Assembly: GCA_046530735.1 (NCBI GenBank)
Contig: JBHEQV010000009.1
Coordinates: 10,399-74,398 of the forward strand
Length of the DNA stretch: 64,000 nt
Source: Arsenophonus sp.
GTDB taxonomy: Bacteria > Pseudomonadota > Gammaproteobacteria > Enterobacterales > Enterobacteriaceae
Direction of reading: 5' to 3'
This document shows positions 49,947 through 61,505 of the stretch, in pieces. Numbering within the stretch: the first letter of the stretch is position 1; each line of letters begins with the position of its first letter. Made by a program: the position numbers and the translations under genes. Under the pieces are notes generated by a model that was not told the DNA's origin, did not search any database, and worked only from the letters and a program-made list of their open reading frames with translations.

Positions 49947-50896
49947 TCTAACATTTCAGCATAACGCATAACTGAGCTTCTTGCTCGTGGATTTTTGATA
50001 ACTTCTATTGCTGTCGGTTTTATTTTACCTAATACTTTCAATATCGGGTTACCAATTGCTTTTAATTGCACATCGGTTAATGGTAATCTAATCAAGACTT
50101 TTGGTCCTTTACTATGCTCTCGGATGAAGCGCTTAACTAGTCTATCTTCCAATGAGTGAAAGCTAATAATGGATAGCCGTCCATGGGGTGCCAATATCTT
50201 CAATGATCCCTCTAGTGCTTTTGTTATTTCTTCCAACTCATTGTTGATATAAATACGAATTGCTTGGAACGATCGCGTTGCTGAATGCTTATGTTTCTTC
50301 TTAAACGGACTAACTTGTGCTATCAATTCTGCAAGTTGTTTTGTTCGTGTTAATGGCTCTTTTACTGAATGATGATTACGAGCCACAATCGCTTTTGCAA
50401 TTCTTTTTGCAAATCGTTCTTCGCCATAAGCTTTTAATACCCAGGCTATATCTGATTCTTCCGCCTTCATTAACCATTCAGCGGCAGATTGACCTGTTGT
50501 CGGATCCATCCGCATATCTAATGGACCATCACGCATAAAAGAAAAACCTCGCTCTGGATCATCTAATTGCGGTGATGAAAGACCTAAATCAAATAGTACA
50601 CCATCAATTTTGCCAATTAATCCCTCTTCTGCAAGAAGAGTTGGTAATTGAGAAAAAGAACCATATTTAATTAAAAACCTATCATCAGTAATTATTTTTT
50701 TAGCAGCTGTCACAGCGTGTGGATCACGATCTATCGCTATCAGACGTCCTTCATTGCTTAACCGAGAGAGAATTAATTGAGAATGCCCTCCTCGGCCAAA
50801 AGTGCCATCAACATAAATGCCATTCTCTTTTATATTTAATCCATTAACTGCTTCATCAAGAAGCACACTGATATGTTTAAATTGACTGTTTACCAT
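49943..50896 (-). CDS. rsmH: 16S rRNA m4C1402 methyltransferase
   Basis: [27 protein letters not shown] and SFHSLEDR motifs. Confidence 0.98.
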   Translation of the reverse strand: MVNSQFKHISVLLDEAVNGLNIKENGIYVDGTFGRGGHSQLILSRLSNEGRLIAIDRDPHAVTAAKKIITDDRFLIKYGSFSQLPTLLAEEGLIGKIDGVLFDLGLSSPQLDDPERGFSFMRDGPLDMRMDPTTGQSAAEWLMKAEESDIAWVLKAYGEERFAKRIAKAIVARNHHSVKEPLTRTKQLAELIAQVSPFKKKHKHSATRSFQAIRIYINNELEEITKALEGSLKILAPHGRLSIISFHSLEDRLVKRFIREHSKGPKVLIRLPLTDVQLKAIGNPILKVLGKIKPTAIEVIKNPRARSSVMRYAEMLE

Positions 50897-50897
50897 A

Positions 50898-51356
50898 TTA
50901 AATAGATAAATCCTGTAACCGCGTTGATAATGGTTAATTTACGTTTTATTCAGCCTCAATATCTGTTTGTACTTATTGATATCAAGTCTATCTATCTCAT
51001 AACTCAAATTTATTAATTTGATTAACCAGCATAACTGCCTTCTTAATTCCTCCCATATTGATAAAAGATATTAGCGAGCAAAAACGACCTGTAGTATCCA
51101 TCTCATATTTACTTCCATATCTAGATAATAAACACTGAACACGACGTTCAACCGGACTTTTAATATAAGTAGAAAGCTGTGATAATTTTTTAATAATTTC
51201 TAATTTAGGTAATGTATAAAAGTGCTAGGCATGGCTGAAAATGGTGGATGGTAAAAACCATCTGCCTTCAAGGCTTATAGTTCAATAGATCACGCATCAC
51301 GTAGGTGCAAAACCATTCTTTACTATTAAGATTCACGAGTGTTGTTTAACGAACAT
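50898..51356 (-). pseudogene. mraZ: Transcriptional regulator MraZ relic (459 nt)
   Basis: Broken translation MF..TLVNLNSK, VMLVNQINKFEL*D, TDIEAE and [10 protein letters not shown] matches MraZ. Directly upstream of rsmH. Confidence 0.9.
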
Positions 51357-51384
51357 ATCTCTTCAACCCTTATATTATAAAATC

Positions 51385-51450
51385 ATCACATTACAGTACA
51401 ATTTCCTACTTATACTATAGAGTTTATGAAGGGTATGAAAATCTTGTCAA
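51385..51450 (-). promoter_or_regulatory. dcw operon promoter (-35 TTGACA, 18 nt, -10 TAAACT) with three eroded MraZ boxes
   Basis: Minus strand reads gcttgacaagattttcatacccttcataaact, matching the remembered E. coli mra promoter layout. Boxes GTAGG/GTACT/GTGAT lie at a 10-nt period where E. coli has GTGGG three times. Confidence 0.8.
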
Positions 51451-51974
51451 GCAACAGCCACAGAGATTTAGTATTATTTACAGAATAATATTGGAATATG
51501 ATTGGATGAGTTTTCTGACGAGTAAAAAATTAAAAATAATTAACATTATGATAAATTTAAATAAATTAATTTTTATACTTATTTTTATTGTTAAAACTTA
51601 TTTTTTTGCAAAAAAAAATGAAATAAAAACTAAATATACAATCAATTTTTCATTTTAAATTAATCTTAAAATAACACTTCGTTGATATGAATAATAATTA
51701 GTTAAACTTTCTTAAAGTTATATACTAATAAATATATAGTAATTATTTATATCGTTAATCATATAAAGTCTACACTTTTAATAGAAAATATTCTACATTA
51801 CAAAATGTACAATCTTATAGATAAATCTTAATATTCGAAATAATTTTGTTAAAATTATTTAAATAATTATTATTTATTGCTATTTGTTGATTAATTTTTA
51901 AAAAATTCGCCATTTCAATAGCACATTTTTTTTTAAATTTGATTTAATGTTTTTAACTTAAGTTAAATTAAACG

Positions 51975-52523
51975 GCTCAAGCTATCACCATCTAAGCAAA
52001 TGTCACGCTGAATACCGTGTTACAGCAATGCTTAGTTTATTATTTTCACTTAAATTTGCTAATATCAGTTCTATTACTTTATCAGCAATATCTTGATGAT
52101 CTTGAATAACTGATAATACTAAACAGGTAAAAATCTAACAATTCATTATCGTTAAAAGTTGCAATCACAATATCATTTGCTAATTCTTCATTATACTTTA
52201 ACATCACTTCTATTACCCTCTAATAGAAAAATAATGTGATAAAATGCTTCCGGAATTTCATTATGACTTAGTTGTTTTGTCTATAATCATTATATAGACC
52301 CTTTATTTGCATAGCTCTATTTTCTGGCAAAATGCCTATTGCAGGATATGGTTGATGACAAAATATTATCATGACCTGATTAGTTCTCTCATCAGAGAAC
52401 TACACACTTAAAATCAATGCTACTATTCAGGAAAGAAAAAAGCCTGCGTTTACTTTAGCTAAATGTTATGACATATTCGAACTTACCCTTGATAAATGAA
52501 AAAACGAGACGATACTCATGATC
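51975..52523 (-). pseudogene. cra: Catabolite repressor/activator Cra (FruR) relic, C-terminal part
   Basis: IVIATFNDNELLDF and VLSVIQDHQDIADKVIELILANL versus LAIATFGDNELLDF and [23 protein letters not shown]. Expected upstream of mraZ. N-terminus replaced by an IS. Confidence 0.85.
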
Positions 52524-52960
52524 GACTATATTAAGCAACAGTTCTTGCTAGAAATCCCTTATATTGTATGAAGAATTTACGATATAACAGTTATCATGAA
52601 AAAGTAAACAGTAATGCAGATCAAAGAAATTCTTTTCTAACTCTCTGAAAACATAAAGCTGAATTTCATTAGTTGGTTCAGCGACAATCTGATGATATCA
52701 ATTTATGAGTTGAAACAACTCATTGCACTTTATCCTGTGTCGATATTGTCACAATGAACATGTTATCTGCTGGAATATTTATTATATGATTACAGCAATA
52801 CTATTCTAAAATCCCCAATTACAGAAAAAGATTTAACTTCTTACTAGAAGTCCTATAGTAAAACTATATCACAAGAATAAATAGTTTAGTTATCTACGAT
52901 ATATATTGAATATTTTGACTTTATGAGAGTCAGAAAAACAAATAGGCATTAATTTAACAG
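52524..52960 (+). mobile_element. IS1595-family relic, left end and N-terminal fragment
   Basis: Left end gactatattaagcaac, ATG AAA AAG start, and fragments CRYCHNEHVICW and SPIVKLYHKNK. Confidence 0.8.
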
Positions 52961-52989
52961 CATTTAAATGGGGGGACGGTACTGCCTTC

Positions 52990-54336
52990 CTTGCTTCAAC
53001 TGTAACAGCCAACATAAGTGCTTAAGTGCTATTATTGAAGCTAAAATCTCCTTAGGCAGCGTCCAGCTTTTAGTAGACGGAAGCAGCTTCAATACCATTG
53101 AAAGGATTGTTTTCGTAAACCATAGTGCTTTCGCACTTCGGCTTCATATTCTCACTCTCACAAAACCTAATTCAATCGAATTTGTCGTTATTATTGATAC
53201 ACAGTACAGCTGAGTGACGGGAAGCTATAGAATGCCAGGCGTTCTTCAGATTATTCTCCAGCTTCTTCATTCCTGATAACCTTGCCAACAAAATATCAAA
53301 AGCTTTATTAGCGGCATCAGAGCTCTCTGCCAATCAAATCTCCAGAAACTTATCTTAACTTTTAGTGTTACATGACTTTGTTGAGAGAAGCCAGTGCCAT
53401 TAGTTATTTTGTGTAGTTAATGGCATTAGTGCTAGATGTGCAGGAATATCTTGGTATTGAATTACAAAAACTAAGAAACCAGGCTTTATTTAGAAAGCCT
53501 TGGAGATACGATTAAGTTCCGCACGCTTACAAGCTATTGAGAAGTTTAGCCGATTCACTTCTGACTTTAGATAACTAGCTTTGACTGAAACAAGCTCCTT
53601 ATATTCATCCTCAGTGACGTTGATAATAAGCAGAAGAAAAGGAGATCAGTTTGACTGACAGGAGACGGGTATATACCATCATTGATTCAGAAATAAACGT
53701 AGCGCATATCGCTTAAATCACGCAGTCACTCAATTGACGATGCTATTCAAGCCATAGCTGTTTAATCTGCTGATGGCCCAAGTAGCAAACCATGTGCTCT
53801 TTATACCAAGAAATCTCCCAAGAGGAGAGGTTCGTAAAATCTCCTATGGAGATGCCTAACAGCTACCAACCCATGGCAGGAACTCTTTGTAGCTTATTCG
53901 TAGACTTTAAATAAGTCAACAGCAAGGAGCCTGTTGAAGCATATTCTGTTGTTGCTAAGGGGGTTTCCCCCCTGGAGAATCTTAGAGAATTTAGTCTCAA
54001 CATGCCAAAATACTCATTTTTATATGCTTCGCTGTAGAAAAAATCATTACGGTCGTCGTGGGAGGATTCCTCTCGAGTGCTACCAAATGTAGCGTTCATC
54101 ATGCTCTTGCAGTATGGCTTCGAGCTCCATCAATAGCGGTGCTGTCAGCTATCTGACATTATTACGGATAAGTTAATGTAATGGATCACAGGTAATATCT
54201 AATTTTGCGTCTACCTCTCTATAGAGTAGACTTTTCATGACATATTATCTCTCTGTTGTTGTAATTATTTACAAAATCAATCAGCAGGATATGGTACCAT
54301 CTTCGAAACCTCATATACCAGAGATAAGTATAACTT
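52990..54336 (-). mobile_element. IS256-family relic, near full length
   Basis: Left end (rc) aagttatacttatctctggtatatg. Fragments include RKQSFQWY/VLKLLP tail homology and cgtagcgcatatcgcttaaatcacg shared with other copies. Confidence 0.85.
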
Positions 54337-54399
54337 AAATTTATTTTAATATCCTAAAACACGATCAGTAAAACCTTTATAGAAGTATTAAATTTTAAT

Positions 54400-54960
54400 A
54401 TTTCATTATTAACAGTGATAATCAAAATCTTTGTACTACGCACTATTATTACGATTGATATCATAAGCGGTAGCTTTTTATCTTTAATTGAGCTTACATA
54501 ACTCATCAGTAATCAAGGTGATCTCAATGATATTTTTATACAGAGAATAAATGGGAGCATTACTAATGTTTATTGCTGCTCTCTCTTATTCTCTATATGT
54601 TGTAAAAAAGCATTAGTAATCCTATTACCCAATGTTTGATAATCATTTTATATCTAAATTACCTTTAATATAATTCTACTATTTCCTAACTTTCTACTAG
54701 TTAAAACAGTAGAAATTACAGCAGCAAATATTAATTTAATCCTAGTTGTCCGTATTGACCGCCCTTTCTGATTGCATCTTATTATGGATCCAAGGTGGAT
54801 TTTAACTTGTTGCTAATATAACCTCAATATTTATAAATCTATATCATCGGTATTTACTGCTATTATCACTGTATTATTTTTAAATGAAAATCTATAGTTG
54901 TCATTCAATTATTAGTAGTGTAATGTTATTTAGTGTTGTATTAGCGCAACAATTACGAAT
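54400..54960 (+). pseudogene. EamA/DMT-family transporter relic
   Basis: Hydrophobic fragments GALLMFIAALSYSLYV and IFINL..FTAIITVLFLNE typical of DMT transporters, with multiple stops. Confidence 0.55.
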
Positions 54961-55046
54961 CTTCAACGCAACTTTTTAATCATTATCGACATATAATAAT
55001 AAAAATAACAATAACTTATTAAGTAGATTGGTTTTATTATAAAAAA

Positions 55047-56267
55047 TTACGAATAATATTTACTCATTACTAATGAAGCATTAGTTCCACCAAAACCAAA
55101 ACTATTTGACATTACCGTATTTAATTTTTTATTAGTCAGTTGCGTAACAATATTTATTGTTTTTGCTTTTTCATCCAAATTATCAATATTAATGCTTGGA
55201 GAAATAAATCCATGTTCTAGCATTAATAAACTATAAATAACTTCATGTACCCCAGCCGCACCCAGAGAATGGCCAGTCATTGACTTAGTAGCTGAAATCG
55301 CTGGCGTATTGATACCAAACACTTCAATAATCGCTTCTAGCTCTTTTGTATCTCCAACTGGCGTTGAAGTGCCATGAGTATTGATATAATCAACTTGATT
55401 GATATTAGCCGATGCCATTTTTATACACCGCACCGCCCCTTCACCTGACGGGGCAACCATATCATAACCGTCTGAAGTCGCTCCATAACCAACAATTTCA
55501 GCATAAATATTGGCGCCACGTGCCAAAGCATGCTCTAATTCTTCTACCACAACCATACCACCGCCACCAGCGATCACAAAACCATCCCGATCCTTGTCAT
55601 AGGTACGTGAAGCTTTTTCTGGTGTTGCATTATATTTAGTAGATAATGCCCCCATTGCGTCAAATTCACAGGTTAATTCCCAGCTTAGTTCTTCACCGCC
55701 GCCAGCAAATATAACATCCTGTTTACCTAACTGAATCAACTCAACTGCATGGCCAATACAGTGCGCTGAAGTTGAACAAGCAGAGCTAATAGAATAATTA
55801 ACGCCCTTAATTTTAAACGGGGTGGCTAAACAAGCTGAGATACCAGAAGCCATTGCTTTGGTTACCATATAGGGTCCAACACCACGTAATCCTTTGGTAC
55901 GCATACCATCAGAACCAGCTACTTGATTACGGGGTGAACCGCCACCAGAGCCAGCAATTAAACCGGTGCGAATATTTGAGATCTGCTCTTCTGTAAGTTT
56001 AGCGTCCTGAACAGCCTCTTTCATCGCCAGGTAGGCATAAATTGAGCAATCACTCATAAAACGAAGAATTTTGCGGTCAATCTTTTGTTTAATATCATCT
56101 TCCGTCAGCTGAATATTACCCCAGATATGGCTGCGTAAACCCATTTTTTTAAATTCTTCTGAAAATCTGATGCCAGAACGACCCATTTTCAGGGAAGCTA
56201 GTACTTCTTGCTGGTTGTTACCTATGCTAGAGACAATACCCAGACCAGTGATGACTGTACGCTTCAT
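55047..56267 (-). CDS. fabB: 3-oxoacyl-ACP synthase I
   Basis: SSACSTSAH (Cys), HGTST, GHSLG and SFGFGGTN motifs. Confidence 0.98.
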   Translation of the reverse strand: MKRTVITGLGIVSSIGNNQQEVLASLKMGRSGIRFSEEFKKMGLRSHIWGNIQLTEDDIKQKIDRKILRFMSDCSIYAYLAMKEAVQDAKLTEEQISNIRTGLIAGSGGGSPRNQVAGSDGMRTKGLRGVGPYMVTKAMASGISACLATPFKIKGVNYSISSACSTSAHCIGHAVELIQLGKQDVIFAGGGEELSWELTCEFDAMGALSTKYNATPEKASRTYDKDRDGFVIAGGGGMVVVEELEHALARGANIYAEIVGYGATSDGYDMVAPSGEGAVRCIKMASANINQVDYINTHGTSTPVGDTKELEAIIEVFGINTPAISATKSMTGHSLGAAGVHEVIYSLLMLEHGFISPSINIDNLDEKAKTINIVTQLTNKKLNTVMSNSFGFGGTNASLVMSKYYS

Positions 56268-56323
56268 TGATTATATTACCTCATAGTCAAAATTTATTTA
56301 CTGGGAGCTTAGTTCATTATTTT

Positions 56324-56358
56324 AGCTTACACTTATAAGCTGAACAAGCCAGATCAGG
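56324..56358 (-). promoter_or_regulatory. FabR operator (56324-56341) and adjacent FadR site (56343-56358) of fabB
   Basis: Minus strand cctgatctggcttgttcagcttataagtgtaagct versus remembered E. coli GCTGATCGGACTTGTTCGGCGTACAAGTGTACGCT. AGCTTA-N6-TAAGCT palindrome. Confidence 0.75.
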
Positions 56359-56469
56359 TAAAATTATAGAAAATATTAGCTTTATTCACTTTTATATTTT
56401 TAGCAAAAACTAAATTATACTCAAGTTAAATTCCTTAGAATTAGCTTATTATTTAATCTATTGTAGATA

Positions 56470-57615
56470 ATTTTATTAATATAAATTAGATCAACCAAGC
56501 TAAATTAAGATAAAATGAGAAAGATATCTCTATTTTTTAACACTTTGATTCATGTTTAGGTTTCTAATTAAAATGATTTAAAAGAATCCTGATATGTTTC
56601 TTAGCTAGAAATCAATTGCAAATCAGTTTTCACTCACTAATCTAATAATAGGTTATTGAAAAACCGGTTTTGGTAACTAGATTAAATTTTATAACAGTCT
56701 GTTAATTATTTATGCAATTCTGCTAACAAACGCCGAAAAACTAGTTATAAATTTTATACTATATAAGTTTTGAAAAACATCTCTTGTCCATTATTGATTT
56801 ATTAAGAGTTCGTCAATATGCTCGCTGAGCTTGTTGCTTTTTATAAATAAATTTATTAACAATAACCTCAATTGTTATCGGGTTGTCATAAAATAGTTAT
56901 AAACTGAGAGAATCATTCTCCATCTCTAGCTTGGAGATATAAATATATATATTTATTTTAATTAAAATCTTATTTTTAATAAAATAACTATTTGGTTTTT
57001 TTTAGATAGTTTTTCTCCAGCTAAAAATCCTTCAAATGTGCAGCAAGCAACTGTTCACTACAATAGTAATTAAGCACATGATAGCTGTATTTTTCATATT
57101 TCACTTCTGTTTGTATTGTCTATAGTGGATTAGAGAAGCCGGTTTTCAAGTAAAAAATAAAAAGTTTTGGCTACAAAAACATGAAATGTTTAGTCAGTTA
57201 ATTACCTGTAAGCCGTAGCTTCTACCCCAATAACCCCTGATTCGATTAATAAACTAGATCTACAACCAATGAATATTGCTATTTTTGGTAAAAGAGCGGT
57301 ATTTACAACTATCATGATCGGGCCCATCTCCTCTCATTACGTAGAGAGAATCAGGTAACTTTATCTGTTAAGATAACATATAGCGTGGAACAAAAAACTT
57401 TCAATAATAGTCAAGATGCATTTTTATTTATTAAAATAACCGGAACGTCGCCTATCATGGATAGAATATTTTTATTACCGTTTTTATTTTTGTAAAATGC
57501 TATTATACTCAATTTCAACGATTATCCATTGTCTTTAAACATGATTGGGACGGTTTAGTACAGTTAGTTTATAATATAAAAGCTTATAAAAAATTGGCTA
57601 TCTGATTTTGCACGA
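56470..57615 (+). pseudogene. mnmC: tRNA mnm5s2U34 synthase MnmC relic
   Basis: Fragments INQAKL, FLARNQLQISF, TGFG..LNFITV and EAGFQVKNK..FG match MnmC. Divergent from fabB as in E. coli. Cut by an IS at 57616. Confidence 0.8.
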
Positions 57616-58827
57616 GAGTTGTTAGCAAATTTGGTGTATCCCTTGTAGGGATATGGTTCATTCTAATACTTCGTGAATCTATTTCATCCTTAAATCAGAT
57701 ATTCCTTACCACCAGGATCAGCAAGATAAAAACGATTAGCCAGTCCTCTCCTATTCATCGCTGTAGAGGATACTTATCCTGATAACTTTACCAACAAAAC
57801 ATTAAAAAGCTTTATTAGAAACATCGCGGTTCTCTCTTGCTAGCTAAATCTCCCGCATCTCAACTCTTAACTTTTCATTGCATGCGTTTGTGGAGTAAAA
57901 ACAGAATATGAGCTGTTTTATGTACCCAACAGGAGATTGGTGCTGAGTATTCTGGAATATCTTTGCTATTTTTTTTTCAAAAACTAATCACAGTATCCTG
58001 TATGAATCTCTTGGGAGGATATGGTTAAACTCGTATTTCCAAGGCATCTAGAAGTTAGGTCCAGTTTATTTCTAACTCTCAATAAGCATCTTCAACTACA
58101 ACGAGCTCCTTACGTTCATGTGCAGTGACACGTCAATAATAAGCAGCAGCTAAAGGCAATCATCTTGACTAAAAAAGCGGTATATGTCATCATTGATTCA
58201 GAAATAAATTTAATGCGTATCGCTTAATTACGCAGTCTATCATTTCCTATGTTCTTAAAGCTATTGCTTTTTTATTCTGTTGACAGTGCTAGAAGAGAGA
58301 GATCATCTACTTCTCATCAAGAAAACAGCTCAAGGCTTCGTGAAATTAGTAGTGAATATGACTCTGGAGATACTAGAAGTAATTCTTCGCCGCTTTGCAC
58401 GCCTTAAATAAGGTAATATCAAGGAGCTTCAGAAGACTACTCCCTCCGTTGCAATATCCCTTGACTTTAAATACTTTACTTTAAGTACTTTAATCTCAAT
58501 ATTCCTAATATCAGTCTGTATGATTCTCTGTGCTAAATAACCGTTACGGTTGAGGGATGGTTGCCGTCGAGAAAGAAGCGTTGATAGTATGATGATCAAG
58601 CACATGGTTTCAAGCTTCACCTTAATAGCAGTGCTATCAGATCCTCCTGTCAGCATTACAGATGCCTTCATGCAAGGGATCTGAGGTAATATCTTATTTT
58701 ATGGATACTTGTAAAAGTAGAATTTTCATTCTATATCATCTTTATATTCTTTAAATTATCTACGAAATAAATCAGCAGGATACGCCAGAATCTCAAAACT
58801 CCATACATTAAGAAATGAGCATAACTC
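57616..58827 (-). mobile_element. IS256-family relic with both ends
   Basis: Right end gagttgttagcaaatttggtgtat, left end (rc) gagttatgctcatttcttaatgtatgg. No target duplication visible. Confidence 0.88.
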
Positions 58828-59151
58828 AATTCTATTGGTAACACATTAGAATAAATTTGTGCAATATATGTACCATATTAAGATTAGCAAAAATATTCTT
58901 CATTAAAATATTAAAGTTATAAATGAACTAATTTTAATTATATTCTGACGTAACTGATTTAAGTTTCCTTAAAGAAACTTTTGATTGTAAAATGCGACGG
59001 GCTAAAACTAGATAAAGGAGGTTAAAGTATTAAACATTACTGCCCAGTAAGCCGAGTTTAACCTACTGTCTTTAATAACCTCATCATGACCTGTGATATA
59101 AAATGATAGGTACCATTAAACCGTTACCAGAATAGAAATAAAAAAATTTAA

Positions 59152-60178
59152 TACTATGTTTACAAAAGTTATTACCCTGCTTGCAGAGTAATTTGTATCC
59201 ACGTCTGTATTTTAATTGTTGTAGATTGAACAATATTCTTCAGGCTAGATAATTTAGTAAATAAAAGCTTTACACTATAAAATCTACTCAGTCATCTTTT
59301 AATTAATTGATATAACTGTTCACAGTTTCAATGTAGAATTCATTTTATTAATAACTCTTTGATTACTAACATTATTAATCGATAGTTGATAATTTCATGG
59401 TCGTTGGCAAAATTTTCTACTATTTAGCTCAATTCGAACTAAGCATGAACTCTGATCGATGATTGTTTAAAGAAAATGGCTAACATATTCTAATTAAACT
59501 TTTCAAGAATCTTATGCTTACATAGTTCTTGTCGATATAAGGTGATTAAAGCCACAATTTGTTCTTTTCTTTTATTTCTTCCTCTCCCATATTTCTAGCT
59601 TTCCTATGTGGAATATAATGCTTTTCTTTAAAGGATTTATGGAAAAATGTTTCATCGACTTCAATAAATACCACTTAGTGCACTTAAGTTGACTCTATTA
59701 CTGTTGAAGCAAGGAAACAGGATGCCATCTAAATGCTGTTTTAAATCAATACTTATTTGTTTTATTCACTCCCGTAAAGTTAAGCTATTCAACATATATA
59801 GAAAATAACTGAACCTTTATCTTTATAATGTAGTTTCGCAAGAGGACTTCCAGTATAATTATTAAATATTTTCCTGAAATTAGGGGATTTTGCAACGATA
59901 TCGCTGTAACCCTAATGAACTTGTTTCCAGCAGAAATCATGTTTAGTATGATAACATGAGCAGAATAAAGCAAAATCAGTTGCTTCAACACATGAATCGA
60001 TATCATCAGATTATCTCTAAATCAACTAATGAGATGCAGTTTTATGTTTAGTTGATAAGAAGTGAGGATAGAATCTCTTTTATCTATATCATGAGTTGCT
60101 TTTTATTGCAACCGCTATAGCGAAAACCCTTCATAATAGTATTAGGAATTTATACTAACAAACTGTGCAAATATAGTC
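59152..60178 (-). mobile_element. IS1595-family relic, full length (~1.03 kb)
   Basis: EVDETFFHKSFKEKHYIPHRKAR (catalytic region) and FNNYTGSPLAKLHYKDK. Degenerate terminal repeats tactatgttt and gactatattt. Confidence 0.88.
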
Positions 60179-60214
60179 TGATAATTACAGCTATATTCCC
60201 TATCGTTTAGCGAT

Positions 60215-60990
60215 GGGACCCGGACTCTGTTCGCCACGCACTTAGGAGAGCCGTAGTTACTTTTGCTACGAAAAACATTTTTTCCTTTTCTACAATCTAC
60301 CAGAAGAGTTCGTCCTCCCGTACACGAATCCTAAAACTCGCTCTATCTCGATCTGATCTAGATTGCTGTTTATGCAGATATAAACAGTAATTTGCGTGAG
60401 CTGAGGTAGGAAAACCATGAAGCTGAAACATCAATGGGTTTAAAATTATGAGCCTGATTATCTTGCGTAGATTGAAATATTTTCTGCAAATACCAAACGA
60501 AATTTCACGATATTATTTTGTAGGTATAATATCATGGCACTCGATAGGGTTTTATCCGTCTACTCAAAGGCAAGAACCGTGGTTAATGATGAACTCTTTT
60601 TACGTGATCTTAATCGAACATATTTCATGGTTATTTATTGGATACTTATAGAAAATAGCAAAGAACTTAGAGACCATCTTTACTTTGTAAAAATATTCAG
60701 CTACCGGAAAACGGAATTCCACTGTTTATGTATATAGATTAGTATAGAGACAGGCCTAGCCGCCTGAGATATCCTTAAATGAATGATATAATCGAAAGAT
60801 TTAATGGACGTATAGAAGATGCAGCTGCAAAACCATCATCTTAATTATAGTTAAGAGCTTGAGATCACCCTACATTAATATATTTACTGTACAATCAAGA
60901 ATTGTCCCAATCAGCATTGAGTAGTAAAACTTTAATTACTGTTTATAAAAGATTGATTCAAAGCTAAACTTAATTTTTCAAAAAAATTAT
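60215..60990 (+). mobile_element. IS481-family transposase relic
   Basis: Fragments SRSDLDCCL, YEPDYL, RDLNR, ENSKELRDHL, IIERFNGRIED and LYNQELSQSALSSKT match IS481 integrase-core motifs. Confidence 0.85.
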
Positions 60991-61227
60991 ACTATCTATC
61001 TTCCTAGAAGTGAAAATTAAGTACCCAAAAACTTTAACAACTTATTTAATCTGTTTATTAAAAACTAAATTTTCTATTGAACAAACTCATTTAGACTCAA
61101 CAAACTGATTATTCTGTTAGATAAGATTGTTGCGGCATGAGAGATAAACTACGGCGCCTGATGACATTCACTCACAGTGAATGATTTCTAAAAAAATAAA
61201 CAGTATTACTGTTGGCACCTAATGATA

Positions 61228-61500
61228 TTATTGATTGATACCGATATCAATATCAGTGAGTGGCAGGCAACTACAGGCTAGTACTTCACCTTTATCAAGA
61301 AATGCAATTGGTTTATGAGAATAGCTCACTTTTCCTTTTTTAAGATAAACTCGACAGGCACCACAAAAACCTTTCCGGCATTGAAATTCAATTTGAATTT
61401 TATTCTGTTCAAGAGCATCAAGTAGGCTAATATGTTGTTCGGAATGAAAAGGGATTTGTATACCATGCGCGTGGTACAGGGTAATTTTATAAGTTCCCAT
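61228..61500 (-). CDS. yfaE: 2Fe-2S ferredoxin, ribonucleotide reductase maintenance protein
   Basis: CRKGFCGAC...LACSC cysteine pattern, downstream of nrdB. Confidence 0.93.
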   Translation of the reverse strand: MGTYKITLYHAHGIQIPFHSEQHISLLDALEQNKIQIEFQCRKGFCGACRVYLKKGKVSYSHKPIAFLDKGEVLACSCLPLTDIDIGINQ

Positions 61501-61505
61501 AAAGG

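Noticed and set aside
13128-60737. Short ORFs in intergenic regions (e.g. 13128, 19739, 28808, 29172, 52968, 53863, 58429, 59785, 60448, 60534)
   Set aside because: All map to IS256, IS1595 or IS481 relics as transposase scraps or antisense frames, not independent genes.
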